This document shows positions 27,141-40,640 of a stretch of 64,000 bases of DNA, in pieces. Every line of letters begins with the position of its first letter. The first letter of the stretch is position 1. The notes below the pieces were generated by a model, which saw nothing but the letters and a program-made list of their open reading frames with translations, was not told where the DNA came from and did no database searches. Made by a program: the position numbers and the translations under genes. Source of the stretch: Ruditapes philippinarum (taxonomy: Eukaryota); contig NW_026866451.1 of assembly GCF_026571515.1 (NCBI RefSeq), forward strand, positions 310,001-374,000, in the 5' to 3' direction.

Positions 27141-29699
27141 CTAAATGATTTAAACATATTTGAAAATCTTGTTTTCTTGAATTGGTCTCTGAATAGACCT
27201 CTGTCATATTTTATGATTTATAGTTATAATTTATAGCCCCCTCCCCCCCCCCCCGATCTGATAGTTTTAACTTCTTTTGTACGCCTTAAAACATTTTAGA
27301 CGTGTTATAAAGTAGTGACTTTTTTATACACTTCCTCTTTCAAAATCTTTATTTTCATCTTCACTTTCATCTATGATAATGAAAACAAAATAACAATAGT
27401 TAATAGTTAAGTTTAAGAAAGTATCACATCAAAACATGGTATCCTATGAATAGTACATCGTAATTAAAATTTGAGCTAAGATGCCTTGATTTATAATTCT
27501 CAATAATTTATAATTCTTGCTTTTGGTGCGTAGAAAAGTGCTAGAGATTTAATATTTTGTATGGAAGACATTTTACACTTTATTTACACTTTTGCTACTT
27601 TATGACAGATAATTTCACATTCAATATTGTTTTCTCTACGTTATGAGCATCTTACATGCACTAAATCCATTATTTAAACATTACAAAATAGGTTTGCCTT
27701 TTCTTCAGAGGGAAGTCGTATCTATCATCCTGGAGCTTTATATGCCTTTAATGCGTTCTTTTGTAGTCGAGAAATTGAAAGTGTACATTAATGATCGATA
27801 TATAAATCTCACAATCAGTTTGCTGAACATTGCACATAAAACTTTTTTTCACGAATTTAAGAAAAATCTTCAATGGTGATACATTTATATGAATGTTGAA
27901 TTATGCTTTAAGACATGATAGGGTACATGGATGGTACCTTTCATTTACCACTAGGGTCTTGATCTAACTGCAAAAATGTCAGATTTCCAGTGTTTTGTAC
28001 ATTGAAATTCTTCTTTAGTCAAACCAACCAAACAAAAAATATCATCAGTGGGAAATGAAACAAATTGTATTAATGCTTTCTGAGAACATGCTTTAAAAAA
28101 AAACCCGGTCCATCACGTCGAATAAATTAAAGCTGTGTCGATTGAGGTAAAAGACTGCTTTTAGGCTGAAGTGAAGTTTGATATTTTTTGTTTTATTTTT
28201 AATCATTATATTCCTAACGTCATATAAATGTTACTATGTTCATAGTGTCAAAAAATTTTGTATTTTACGATTACATGTAAAAAAATGATAATTCTCCTGA
28301 AGCCGGTCCAGGGGGGAGGCTTGGACGGTAGATTGCGTTTTCCACTACATGCATGAAAATGCTCCATCAAACTGAGCATGCAACATTTTCAGTTATGACG
28401 TTTTGGGCGCTCTCTAGTGATTCTGTTATTGAAACAAATTTCTTTTGCAGCCTTGATATGTGAACAAAATGTTAAAATGATAAAATTTAATAAACGTCAA
28501 ATTATAAAGTACATGTATATTTTTCCTGATTGTTGCATATATAACACATAACAAAATCTCCTTTTTGTTACAGAAGCAAAACACTGTCTTTTTTTTAGTG
28601 TAACAATAAATCCTTATTTTAGACAAAAAGGACAAATGTACTCATATTCTACAGGGAAATTTTTCTTTTCACAGTTTGATTGATAAATTGTCTTCTTGTT
28701 TTGAGACGTTTTTTTATAGAATACTTCGCACAAAATAAACGATATCGTGTGCATAATTCACAGACATTTATTAATAATGGAAAATGTTTTGCATGCACAT
28801 ATAATTGTAAAATGTTTTTAGACATTACACCAAACCACGAAATAATCATTTTTGGTTGTTGTTGGCCAATATGTGATACATAATTCTTTATTTTATATAT
28901 TTATATAGCCAAAAATAAAATTTTCTAGAAAATAAATATTATTAATCATCGTATAAATGGTTATACTATGAAAAATAAACTTACTTAAGTTTGTTCTACA
29001 TGATTAAACATTAAAATTGGCACGTGAATATGTTGGCCACCGACCTTAAAAGAGGACATAACAAGCAGATTTTTTGTTTACGCTTATGAGCTCAAGGGCA
29101 AAAATATTATAATTATTATTATTAAAATTCTGAATATCATTTGAATGAAGTTCTAATCAACATAAATACATGAAGGGAGTTTTTATCTCGGTCGACGTCA
29201 TAATTGCATGACAGACGCAGTTTACACAGATGCATGGTTACCAAAGCTAAATGCATGTAAAGAACAGGTTGTGTTTTTTTCTAACAATCATATATAATTA
29301 AAAATAAAAAATATATATAATTTAACATCTTCTCAAATGACATTTTCAACAGAAATACTACTATATGAACGTATAAAGTGCAGCAGAAAATACATAAATC
29401 AATGAAGTAATAGTATGAAACAATATAACGTTTGTATTACGATCACTTTCAAGCACGCAATTGTTCTTAAAGAGAAAGAAAAACACATGGAAACCTTTAC
29501 CAAACTAAATGTCTTAAATGGACTCGAAAATCTTTCTATCTGGATAAAATCCATTCACCATTTTATGAGAAAATTTCAAAATCAGTACTTACTAAATAGC
29601 GAACAGTGTAAACCATTGATGTGTCGGCTAGTCTTGGTCTGTACTGTGCGCATGCGTACATTTTGTCGCAGACAGCAGGCTAAGTGTTCAAAATATATA

Positions 29700-30394
29700 T
29701 CCTGCGGGAAACATTTATAAAGATTTAAAGATATTTCATTTAACTATTTTCAACATGGTTTGGGAAAAAAAAATAACGTTTGTATCAGGAATATAGTTGA
29801 CAATAATCGATCAATAGAAGAAGGTCTTTGGTCTTGGTCGAAAATAAAACAATATTTCTGTTTAAGAAAATGATTAAATACCACTGTATGAATAATTCCG
29901 TGCAAAAAAATAATAAAATAAAATAAAGTAAACACACAAGTTTACGCAGAAAATATCTCTATGTTTTAATTCTGTGGATTTTCACTATAAACAATTTATT
30001 GTCTGTAAAATTTCAGATAGATATTAAAGAAACAATTATAATTTTCAAACACATCATGCAAGTTTTTCCACCTTAAACGGTAAAATAATAATAGAAAATT
30101 AGAAATATCACGTAATAGTGTTATGTTCTTAATTAGGTGTAATTCGGACTAATTCCCTAGCATTGTGTACACCGGTCATTTGAGAGACCGGTGTGTATAC
30201 AATGATTCCCTAGAGGTAAATCCGTAACGTACCGGGAAACGGTATTTAGCTAGGTTTTCGAATAGGTCAATTAACCAATCATGTACGGTTTACAGATCAC
30301 ATGCTCCTCCATGTACCGAAAACAGGTCACGTGCTCCTCCATGCCTCAAAAATTAAACGCGTACCAATACCCTGCGGGCTCCGGCCCGCAGGGA
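29700..30394. mobile_element. ~695-bp insertion unique to unit 5, with short TIRs and a 3' hairpin
   Basis: Absent from the equivalent site of unit 4 (24225-24250). Ends are TCCTGCGGG...CCCGCAGGGA, with a terminal hairpin CCCTGCGGGCTCCGGCCCGCAGGG. Confidence 0.8.
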
Positions 30395-31874
30395 ATAATA
30401 TTCAAGTGTTAATTATAAGAGATTTTTTACGCCTTGTACCTAAAATTAAGCTCTTTATGTGCTTCCATCCACTGTTAATTGTGGATGGATTTTAAAGTGC
30501 AATCTTTAAAATAAAGCTGTAGAAAATGTGTTTGAAACGTGAAAAGTGCAAGCACATTAAATTTAAGATATTTTGCCAAGAAACAAAATAAACTGCCCAC
30601 AACTGTTTCTTTCCAAATTTTTATGCCTGTGAGATGTGAATATAAATGTTATCACATGAAACTGTATTCTAAACAAAACATATAAAGGCAATAAAAACAC
30701 AGCACATTGTTGTTATCTGTTCTCACATTACACTTTTCTAATTAAGAAGTAAAACATAAACATTAGCCCATTTAATGGAAAAAAAGGAAACCAACGCGCT
30801 CTGTTTCCTTGATAAAGTTTTTATTAAAAAAATATTTTTAGCTTTATTATATTTGATAGTGATTGTAGTTTGATGATTCTGTCAAATAGAGGGATTAATA
30901 CCGTAACTACAAGAAACACGCTCAAGGAGAATAAATCTTTGTCTCTTTGTAGTTCACCGACAAATAAATTGCAATTTTTCATGACAGTCTCTTAAAAGCT
31001 TTGTGTTTAAACGTGCAGAAAAAATTGATGTACATTGTTAGTCGGATGTAAATTGAATTTTCAAATTTTCTAGATTTTAAAGGGATTCCAGTTGCCATTG
31101 TGCCTTATCTTTTACATTGACATTTAAAATTTTATATTGACATTGTATAAGATCAAATGATAAAACTTGAAGAAATAATCAGTGGAAATGAATGTGTTTA
31201 TTTTAAATAAACCTTTGTTTTTTTTTAATTTGTTTCATTTTGTTAGCATTTACACAGTATATAATTGTATCATGCGCTGAAAGAAAACTTAAAAATGTCA
31301 TTGTTATTTTATCTTTTGTTGATTGCATATCCCAATAGATCCCAATTGATATAATTTGAAGAAAGTTGCTTGTAACATTATACATTCATTATGTTTGTGT
31401 ATAGTTGGATTTTAAGTCGAACCGACACTGTAAAGGTCATATTACATTTCAAGCTTTACTGTCATATTAAATGCATAACATTTATATTTATTGGCATCAG
31501 AACACTCTAAATATTATCCAGCTATAATACGATGCTGTTTTGTCACCCTTGTCACATATTCAGCACGTGAAGTATGATTGCAAGACTAAGTAGATGGCAA
31601 ATATCGTCTGCCTAGGATTCAGAGATGATAGCGTTGTCAATAAATATAGTTTTCGTCTATTCTGAAATTATAGTCCATAGAGACATCATGTTAACAACCA
31701 AGCAAGAAACTAAACAACGGAGTTAAAATTTAGAAATATTCTAAAAGTAACTTGAAATAATCTGAGCCAGATAGATAAAGAATTCGTACTAGTTGGAACT
31801 ATATATTAGTAACAGAAAAGTCCATACATTTTATTTATTTTATTATTTAGTTTATATGAATTCAATATAGTTTC

Positions 31875-32050
31875 ATTGTGTTGAATTAAAACACTCACGA
31901 ATCCATTCCTGGAAACCAATTTGTATTAAGCAATGAGTGTAAAGAGTTTTTTCACGGAGACAACAGCTTGCCCCTGACGAGGTTTGAATCCATGCGTCCA
32001 GTTATCCTTTGATTACTAGTCCGACGCGTTAATCACTCGGCCATGTCGCC
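31875..32050 (-). mobile_element. SINE family A in unit 5
   Basis: GAATCCATTCCTGGAAACC...CAGCTTGCCCCTGACGAGGTTTGAATCC. Confidence 0.75.
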
Positions 32051-32395
32051 AATCAAACTTTACCATTTCTTGAAGGAAAGATAAGAAATATACACAGAAT
32101 AACTGTTGAACTTTAACAGATTGGATGCACAACTATGTAAAATATGATTCAAGACTTTGACGTTTTCTTGAAAGTATATATTACTTGAATAAAAAACTTA
32201 TGATAGAATATTGCCACAGCACACTAAAAGAATATAATGTTTTTGAACATTTTAAGCTGTTTTGAAGAAATGTTCTGACATGTATGAAAACAAAACAAAA
32301 ATACTATTTCACATTTTGGTGTTATCAAATGATAATGTTACGCTTGTACTTGAAGACTTATTTTTGCCGATATTAATGACGTATACATCCGAATG

Positions 32396-33325
32396 TTACT
32401 TTTTGGTGAACTTCTTCCTCAGTCCAGGAAAAGCAACAACAAAAAGTAGCGGAATGATTGACATCGATAACTTCACGTACCATTAATTGTTCAAAAGTAA
32501 ATAATTAAGAGATTTATCAGGGATTTACCGCCTACTTGACTAAGAACAGCTTTGTTACAAATAAATAAAAATGAAGCAATACCATTGATAGCACTTATCG
32601 CGACCTATTAAACGTACAATACCAGCCATGGAAATATTGAACGTTGCCGTTAAAAAACATCTGGCTTCTTTCGTTAAAGAAGCTCCATATTGTTCATTTA
32701 AATATAGTTTATTTTGGCACAATGTAAATACATACATAGTGATATTACAACATGTAGAGAACGAAATTGAAAGCAATTTTGATAATTAGTATACATCTAT
32801 AAGCGTAAGAAGTAAATATTTACTCAATATATTAGTAATGTATTTGTTAGAGTTGATTAACTTAAATTAACACACAATATATTAGCATTATAAAACAAGG
32901 AGCTGATACATTAGACAGTGGTAGAGTTACCCAGAAATTGTTGTCATTACAAAATGATATAAAAACATTTTTAAAAAGATAATTTATCAATACATTTCCT
33001 TCAACACAATTACTATAGTTAAAAGCAATTTCTTGCTAAAAAAACACCACGAAGCCAGTCACATTTTATAACAACGTGAAATCTTAGATAGTCCACTTGA
33101 TACCTCGAATATTGACTTTGCAGGGACTTAACAAGATCTCCTAATTGATGCAGCTCATGTGTTACATCAGATCGATCCATGCTTCCCATTGTTTTACTTT
33201 TTACAGTTGTTTTATTAGTTTCTTGACATCTGCTATGTTATGTCTGAGCAAGCAAATATCGCACTTTAAATAAGCCCCTTTTGATATTGTGTATTTCAAA
33301 CTTAAACCACAAAAGCGGTGCATTT
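32396..33325 (-). pseudogene. Decayed GPCR-like gene, unit 5 (best-preserved C-terminus)
   Basis: 32482-32396 reads WYVKLSMSIIPLLFVVAFPGLRKKFTKK* (hydrophobic helix with Pro, then basic helix-8-like LRKKF). ORF 32555..32776 gives GASLTKEARCFLTATFNISMAGIVRLI (TM6-like). Confidence 0.45.
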
Positions 33326-36300
33326 TTATCCGTACATGTTGTAGTTTTATTTTAGTTGTTGTTATTAGTTTCTTTGACATCTGCTATGTTAAGTTTGGCA
33401 AGCAAATATCGCACTTTAAATAAGCCCTTTTTGATAGTGTGTGTTTCAAACTTAAAACACAAAAGCGATGCATTTTTATCCGTACATGTTGTTGTTTTTT
33501 TTATTAGTGAATTTGTTCCTTAACTGACGTTTATGTTATATATTCATATATATTCGTTTCATACTCGTAGCCCATGAAAATGCTGTTGTTTCCTATTTAT
33601 TATTTTTATGTGTTCGGTAACAGGTTTCGTGTTCGGAAACATATTTCGAAACGGAACTCATTGTCAAAACTGCACTACAATCTTTTGCTTTTGGTCCGTA
33701 GATTAGTGCTGGTGATTTAATATTTTATATGAAAGACATTATACCACTTTTTTGCTACTTTATGACAGACAAATTCACATTCAATATTGTTTTTTTCACG
33801 TAATGAGCATCTAATATGCTCTAAATCCATTATAAAAACATTACATAACACAAGTTTGCCTTTTCTTCAGAGAGAAAGTCTATCTTTTCCTGTTGCTTAA
33901 TATGCCTTTAATTCACTTCTTTGTAGTTGAGAAATTGATAGTGTACATAAAACAAATCTCACAATTCGCGTGCTGTGCTGAACATTGAACATAAATCTTT
34001 CTTTTTTTTCATGAAAAAACTTCAAAATGATACAAACGAAATGATGGCCTATTCTCGAGAGATTTGTTACATAGACTGTATTATTTATCCATATTATTTA
34101 ATACACATGAATATTGTATGTAAACAGAAAGAAATGTTAGGAACAAAGAATTATGTTTTTTATTTTAATTAAGATTTTTTACCGTTTAGCAATGATATTT
34201 TAAATATGTCAAAATATTCAAACGTATATCGTATACAGGTAATTATAGAAGTTTACTTTTTTTCAAAATTTCAAAATTCAACCAATTATTTTGTAAACTA
34301 CCGGCAACAGATGTATAGGTTAATAGATTTTAAAGTATCAATCCTAAACAGACACCAAATTCACTTTTTAATGCTTATTGATATTAAATTTAACTTCCTT
34401 ATTTTACAGTTTTGATGAAGCGAGCGAACATTACAAGAAAGGATGAAAGTGAAATTACATTATGACGTCAATTGTCAAAAAGGTAAATTGGCCCTTACCC
34501 GCATGCTCAATAAATATACATAAAATACAACATATAATTCAAAAGTTAAAAAATAGCCAAAGAAAGTGTACTGGATTTAAGCCTAACTCAATAACATGGG
34601 GCAGACAATACAGTGAAGCACTTATCAAAATAAGTCAAAATATATAAAACTGCTCCACTCGGAACTAAATATATTAATATAAATCGATTAGTTTTTTAAT
34701 ATACTATCGATGATGCTGGTATAGCAGAGAAGCTTTACCGGTCTTTGCCATGGCCCAATTGTGTATTCCACCATTGACCCGACACTTGACCTAAAACATT
34801 ATTATTAGCTTTATTTTATAACATAAACACTTTATAACATAGCTTGCATCTTATATTAAATGAGCATACAAACTTTATGTAAATTATGACTGGTTATCTT
34901 AAAGGATTCATTTACAAAGGTACTAATTCATTTACTTCCTTATATCAGATATGGCATGTCTTAAAATAATTCTATATTACTTTGAGGCACAATGAAAATC
35001 TATTTCAACAATGTTATGAATACCTCAACCTTACTTGAACATTTACTCCAATCATTAACTATCTTATATTTCAAAGAAAACCAAACACTAAATACGTATG
35101 TGGAGATATGTTTAAAACTATCTCTTATAAAAAAGAGTAAATAAGAACCACTGAAGAACGTCCAAAAGACAAAATTGAAATGTTTACAGTCTCGGTTGTA
35201 TTGAGCCTGTTCATGGAAAATACAAGCTCCCGTCCACGCCCCCTAGCACCGGCTTAAGATGAATTTAACAAATTTAGCAAGTCTGTGACACGTTTACCAG
35301 AAAAGCTTATACGATTTATTTGAAATTTAGACAATTAGACTAATGCATTTTAAGTTAAATAACCTAAATATATGTCATTAAGTTGAAAATGAATGTTAAC
35401 AAACATGCCCCGATCAAGAATATGGAAAACGCTATCAAAAAAGAAAAGATCACAAACGTGTCTACAGTTATGCAAAAATGTGACTTAAGGTGCTGTTTAA
35501 CTTAAGTAATAAATTCTTTGAAATTAAAATTGCATTTGCATCGACTTAGTTATAATGTTATTTATATATGTATAATTTCTATACAAAATAATCTTGAAGG
35601 CCGTGACTCATTTGGATTTAAAATGACATAGTGAGTGTGTAAGTCGTTGGAGTTAAGATAATTAATACTCAAAAGAAGCATTTCCATCTAAAATGTCAAT
35701 GAAACCAAACAGTTTCTCTAAAATGAGAATACTAACATTAATCTAAATATTTACATGTACTTGGAACGTGAACACACAATTACGGGGGATGAATTCTAGA
35801 GCATGAGACATGTTTAACTAATTAAAATTCGAAGCTAAAATCTATATAAATTGCATGTTCAGATAAGATATCCTTCATATGTGTATTGATTTATGCCAAT
35901 TGAGTCACGACTAGATGATGAGTTTGAACATGGAAAATATGCATCATCTATAGTATGATGTTAAAACTATGTTCAGCTTAATTAGACAAACTACAAATAG
36001 TAGAATCGAAATGAGAAACTAATCAACTTCAACTAATATAAAAAGCACAGGAAAGGTAGACCAAATGTATCAATATAAACTATCTAATTAGTCCAGTTTC
36101 AGAATATGGACCAGGGAATTACTTGTTTTTCAAATGCTTATTAACTTAATATCACAAATTAAGACAAATAGTCAGAAAGAATGTTCAAACTGAATGAATA
36201 TTTCGTTTGGTTAACTCCGAAGAGAGATCCTATATGTCTTGCAAAGCATCTAAATTAAGGCAATTTGTGACAGTCATTGGCGTGGCATAACAATATTTTT

Positions 36301-37478
36301 GGCTCTGAACATTTACAACGAAACAAAACTGAAAAAATGTCGGAAAATAGTCAGCAAGGGTGTGGTGGCAATGATAATATAAAGATATCTTTACAAATTG
36401 GCCGCTGCTCAACATTTATGCGTGTGTAAATCAATCGAGAGGGGAAAAACAAGGACCAGACGAAATTTTTAAATGATTGTTATAGCTATCTTCTGCTTCA
36501 TTTGAAAATAGTCCATTATGCCTTAGAAAATATTGCATTTTATTTTTTTATGTAAATCATAATCTATTAAATTTGTCGTAGTCAAAAGACTCATCCCTCG
36601 TTTCTAGGAATTAATTAAAAGCCAACCTAATTTATGTTTTCTGGTTTTTACACATTGCAATTTTAGGACGTCTTTTATAGAAATGTCGTTTTTTTTCATA
36701 AAAAATGATTTTCTTGTCGTGTTTTACTTTACTTTTTTCCAGCTATTTCGGGTTATTTCAATATAAAGACACCATAAAGTCATTTTAGCCAATGATTGTC
36801 GTAGTTTATTTCCATATTCCAGAAAAACATGTACTCTTCATTTCCAAGAATAGTGCCCCCTACAGGATCCGCTTTCTCAGCAAAATTCCAAATTTACTGG
36901 ATTGCTTTTAAAATTGGATCAAAACTGAATTTCTTTAAAGAAAAACAAAAAATGACATGCATGTTAAGTTGTCACGTAATTGTTTCCATGTATATCAAGT
37001 ATATATCTTATTTACCGTGTATACTTTTTTCTTTTGAAGCCAATTTTTGACTCATTTCGTCACCATCTACAAACTCAATCCTAGGGAAAAAAACAACAAA
37101 GTTTTGTCATGATTTCAATACTGCAAATTATTCATTTACCAAGTTTCACTAACTTCTTTTAATTATTTCACTCTCTTTTATTTGTGAAATTATATGCATG
37201 TATTTATTTTTCTGTTACCTTATCAACTCAATTCTGGCCCAATGGAAAAGCAAAGCTCTCTCCGTGTGTCAGACTTCAAAGTTTCGAACAGCCAGGCACG
37301 CTTACAGACAGACAAATTGACAGACGGAATGTAAACCAATATGTACCGTTATATACGAGTATATATATATATTGATTTCTGGTTACATGCACAATTGGTT
37401 TATATTGTAATCTATTCTTCAGACATGTTTGATTGAATAAACCTCGAAAAATGTCTTACATAACTAAATCTGTTTTAG

Positions 37479-37657
37479 GTTTTACGAACGTCTGGTAAAA
37501 AGAAAAAGAATAACAATTCTGAAAAAAGAAGGGCGTCCGTGCCCGAGAGTCCACCATCCCCTGATTTAACGGGACTAAATCCAGAAGAAATAGCCATCCT
37601 TAAAGATGTCCTGAAACGGCAAGAGGAGTTTGAGTCTGAGGAAGTAGGCAGACAAAG
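37479..37657 (+). CDS. RIMS-like: RIM/Piccolo/Fife-family active-zone protein, first identified coding exon (N-terminal Rab-binding/SHD-type helix)
   Basis: ttttag|GTT...CAAAG|gtaaag. Translates VLRTSGKKKKNNNSEKRRASVPESPPSPDLTGLNPEEIAILKDVLKRQEEFESEEVGRQ. The PDLxxLxxEExxIxxxVLxRQ pattern is typical of RIM/rabphilin Rab-binding helices. Ends in phase 2, matching the next exon. No in-frame ATG, so an upstream exon is required. Confidence 0.88.
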
Positions 37658-38857
37658 GTAAAGTTCAAATAGGTACTTTATACATCGTCATTCGCTGCCA
37701 AAAATACTAATTATACACTCACCATTTCCCACCTTGTTTGTTTTTTTTCAATGAACGTAACGTTAAAAGCATATGTCATGGGTTTGCTGTGAAGAGGCTG
37801 TAACTCCTTTTAATGTCGTATGAGTTATCAACGTTTCCCACCAAACCCTCGATGTACTGACAACATTAAGGGTAGTTATGCCGGCTCGCCACGGCGAGCC
37901 GGTATTACGGTAGGATTTTACTGAGAAACAACCTAAAACTCCGAAGCTATCCAAAAATTTAATCGAAGCTTGGCTTCCAGCTTTCTACAAAACTTATCTA
38001 TCAGGGCTAGGATCCAAAATTATTTTAGCCAATCAAATTTAATCTTACATAGCGTCAAAAAAACCTTCAATTTTCACGCCATTTTTTAAAAATCAGCAAG
38101 TATTGTTTTGAGCGCAAAAGATATAATGATGATTAAAATGTTTTGTCTTTATGAATTCTTTTCAATAAATCATATTTACACTGACTTTGATTTAGCGATT
38201 TCACCTGTTTTCTCTGTAGTAAAGTTTTCGTTTGGTTAATTAACATAAGTGTACATCTGGTTCTGTGCATTTTTTATTTTCCTTTTTTCCGTCATTTTAT
38301 CCTTTCCGGTATTTAGTGTATGCATTTAGCTGGCCGGATCCGGGACGCCCGGGATCCGGGATCTCATATAAGATTATGGAGGGAAAAAAACCACATGAAC
38401 TAATATTGTGTTGATTGTTGTCGTAATGAAAGGCTTTAAACGTTATTTTTTTTTATGTATTATAATGAAACGTTAGAATTAATCTTAACTTGAGAATATA
38501 GATATATTTAGAGGTATTTATTTAACAAACTTAAAATGCGGAAATCACAATACTTATAATTTATATGCCAATTAATTGGAAAAATCAAAGATTATTTCTT
38601 TGAATTGCGTCAAATCCCGGCATCCCTATATGTTTTTAAAACGATCCCAGCTTTCTCTGAAAACTATATTACTTGAACTGGCCAATCCGCTGAGATCTAT
38701 TGTACATTTTTAATACGATACCGGCTTTTTTCTTGAAAAACTATAATTAACTTGAATTGGTCAATTCCCGGATTCGCCTATATGGTTTTTAACTAGGATC
38801 CCGGCTTATCTTTAAAAACATTCTTCTTTAGACTGGTCAATTTCTGGGATCCCTATA

Positions 38858-40640
38858 TTTTTAGCTCACCTTGCCAACAAAGTGCAGGTGAGCTTTTAGG
38901 ATGGCCAACCAAATGGCGTCCCGTCGTCTGTCGTCCGTCCACATTTTAAATATTCTAAGGACATCTTCTATGCATATGATACTGCAAGGCCAATGTTAAT
39001 GAAACTTGCGAGGAATACTCTTTGTATGAAAGCTCTATCAAGATTGTTCAAAGCAATTCCATTTCATGCAGAACTCTGTTTGCCATGGCAACCGAAAGAA
39101 AAAATCTTTTGCATATCTTCTTTTAAAGAACCGTAAGAGCTAGAGCTTAGATATTTGGCATGAAACATCTTCTAATGCAGTGTCTACCAAGTTTGTTCAA
39201 ATAAAAGCCCTAGGATCAAAAATTTGCCCCCGCCCCAGAGGGGTCATTGATTTTCCCTATATGCATTATAGTAAAACTTAAAAAATCTTCTTTTAAAGAA
39301 CCCAAAGAGCTAGAGCTTAGATATTTTTGCATGAAACATCTTCAGGTGCAAGTGTCTACCAAGTTTGTTCAAATAAAAGCCCTGGGGTCAAAAATGGCCC
39401 CCATGACCCCAGGGCGGTCATTGATTTCCCTATATGCATATAGTAAAAACTTAAAAAAAATCTTCTTTTTAAAGAACTGTAAAAGCTAGAGCTTAGATAT
39501 TTGGCATGAAACATCTTCTAGTGAATGTCTACCAAGTTTGTTCAAATAAAAGCCCTGAGGTCAAAATTGGCCCTTGCCCCAGGGGGTCATAGAGTTTCCC
39601 TATATGCATATGAGTAAAAAAACTTTAAAAATCTTCTTTTAAAAAGAACCCAAGAGCTTAGAGCTAAGATATTTGACATGAAATATCTTCTAGTGAATGT
39701 CTACCAAGTTTTGTTCAAATAAAAGCCCTTGGGTCAAAAAATTGGCCCCGTCCCAGGGTGTCATAGATTTTCCCTATATGCATATAGTAAAAACTTAAAA
39801 AATCTTCTTTTAAAGAACTGTAAGAGCTAGAGCTTAGATATTTGGCATGAAACATCTTCTAGTGAATGTCTACCAAGTTTGTTCAAATAAAAGCCCTGGG
39901 GTCAAAATTGGCCCCGTCCCAGGGGGTCATAGATTTTCCCTATATGCATATAGTAAAAAACTTAAAAAATCTTCTCTTTAAAGAACCCAAAGAGCTAGAG
40001 CTAAGATATTTAGCATGAAACATCTTCTAATGAGTGTCTACCAAGTTTGTTCAAATAAAAGCCCTGGGTCAAAATTGGCCCCGCCCCATGGGGGTCATTG
40101 ATTTTCCCTATATGCATGTAGTAAAAACTTAAAAAAAATCTTCTTTTAAAGAACTCAAAGAGCTAGAGCTAAGATATTCAGCATGAAACATGTTTCTAAT
40201 GGGTGTCTACCAAGTATGTTTCAAATAAAAGCCCTGGGGTCAAAACTGGCCCGCCCCGGGGGTCATTGATTTTCCTTATATGTGTATAGCAAAAACTTAA
40301 AAATCTTCTATGAAAAAACCCAAAATAGCTTGAGTTTAGATATTATACATGAAACATCTTTAAGAAAATATCTACAAAAGTTTGTTCAAATAAAAGCCCG
40401 GGGGTCAAAACTGGCCCCGGCCCCAGGGGTGTCATTGTTTTTAACTATATGTGTATAGTAAAAACTTAAAAAATCTTCTTTTAAAAAACCCAATGAGCTA
40501 GAACTTAGATGTTTAGCATGAAACATCTTCTTATGGGTGTCTACCAAGTCTGTTCAAATAAAAACCCTTGGGTAAAAATTGGCCCGGGGGGGGGGCTATA
40601 TACAGGTGAGCGACCTCAGGGCCATCATGGCCCTCTTGTT
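38858..40640 (+). mobile_element. Non-autonomous Helentron-type element (HINE/DINE-like) with ~9 internal ~169-bp tandem repeats
   Basis: 5' TTTTAGCTCACC...CAGGTGAGCT inverted repeat, then a GTCC/GTCT microsatellite. The AGAGCTAGAGCTTAGATATTT unit recurs from ~39136 to ~40493. The 3' end has CAGGTGAGCG and the palindrome AGGGCCATCATGGCCCT. Inserted in a T run. Confidence 0.85.

Larger units (their letters stand above)
4570..34030. repeat. Tandem segmental array of five diverged ~5.2-6.8 kb units
   Basis: Marker strings recur in the same order. TCAAACCAACCAAAC occurs at ~4895, 11708, 17440, 22889 and 28019. CATTGTTAGTCGG(G/A)TGTAAATTG occurs at ~7806, 14316, 19637, 24794 and 31033. GATCTCCTAAT occurs at ~9881, 16337, 21770, 26949 and 33135. 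Confidence 0.95.

Noticed and set aside
13508-29720. Recurrent KFQNQY.LNSEQC.P ORFs (13508, 18775, 24023, 29415)
   Set aside because: Recurrence reflects the tandem duplication. Starts, ends and frames differ, and the DNA resembles a short non-coding MITE remnant.
26959-32486. Plus-strand hydrophobic ORFs 26959..27144 and 32262..32486
   Set aside because: They are antisense shadows of the minus-strand remnant; the plus frames are interrupted by stops in sister units.
37451-37498. ATG at 37451 as the start codon of the RIM/Fife-like gene
   Set aside because: It is out of frame with the Rab-binding helix and stops after 15 codons.
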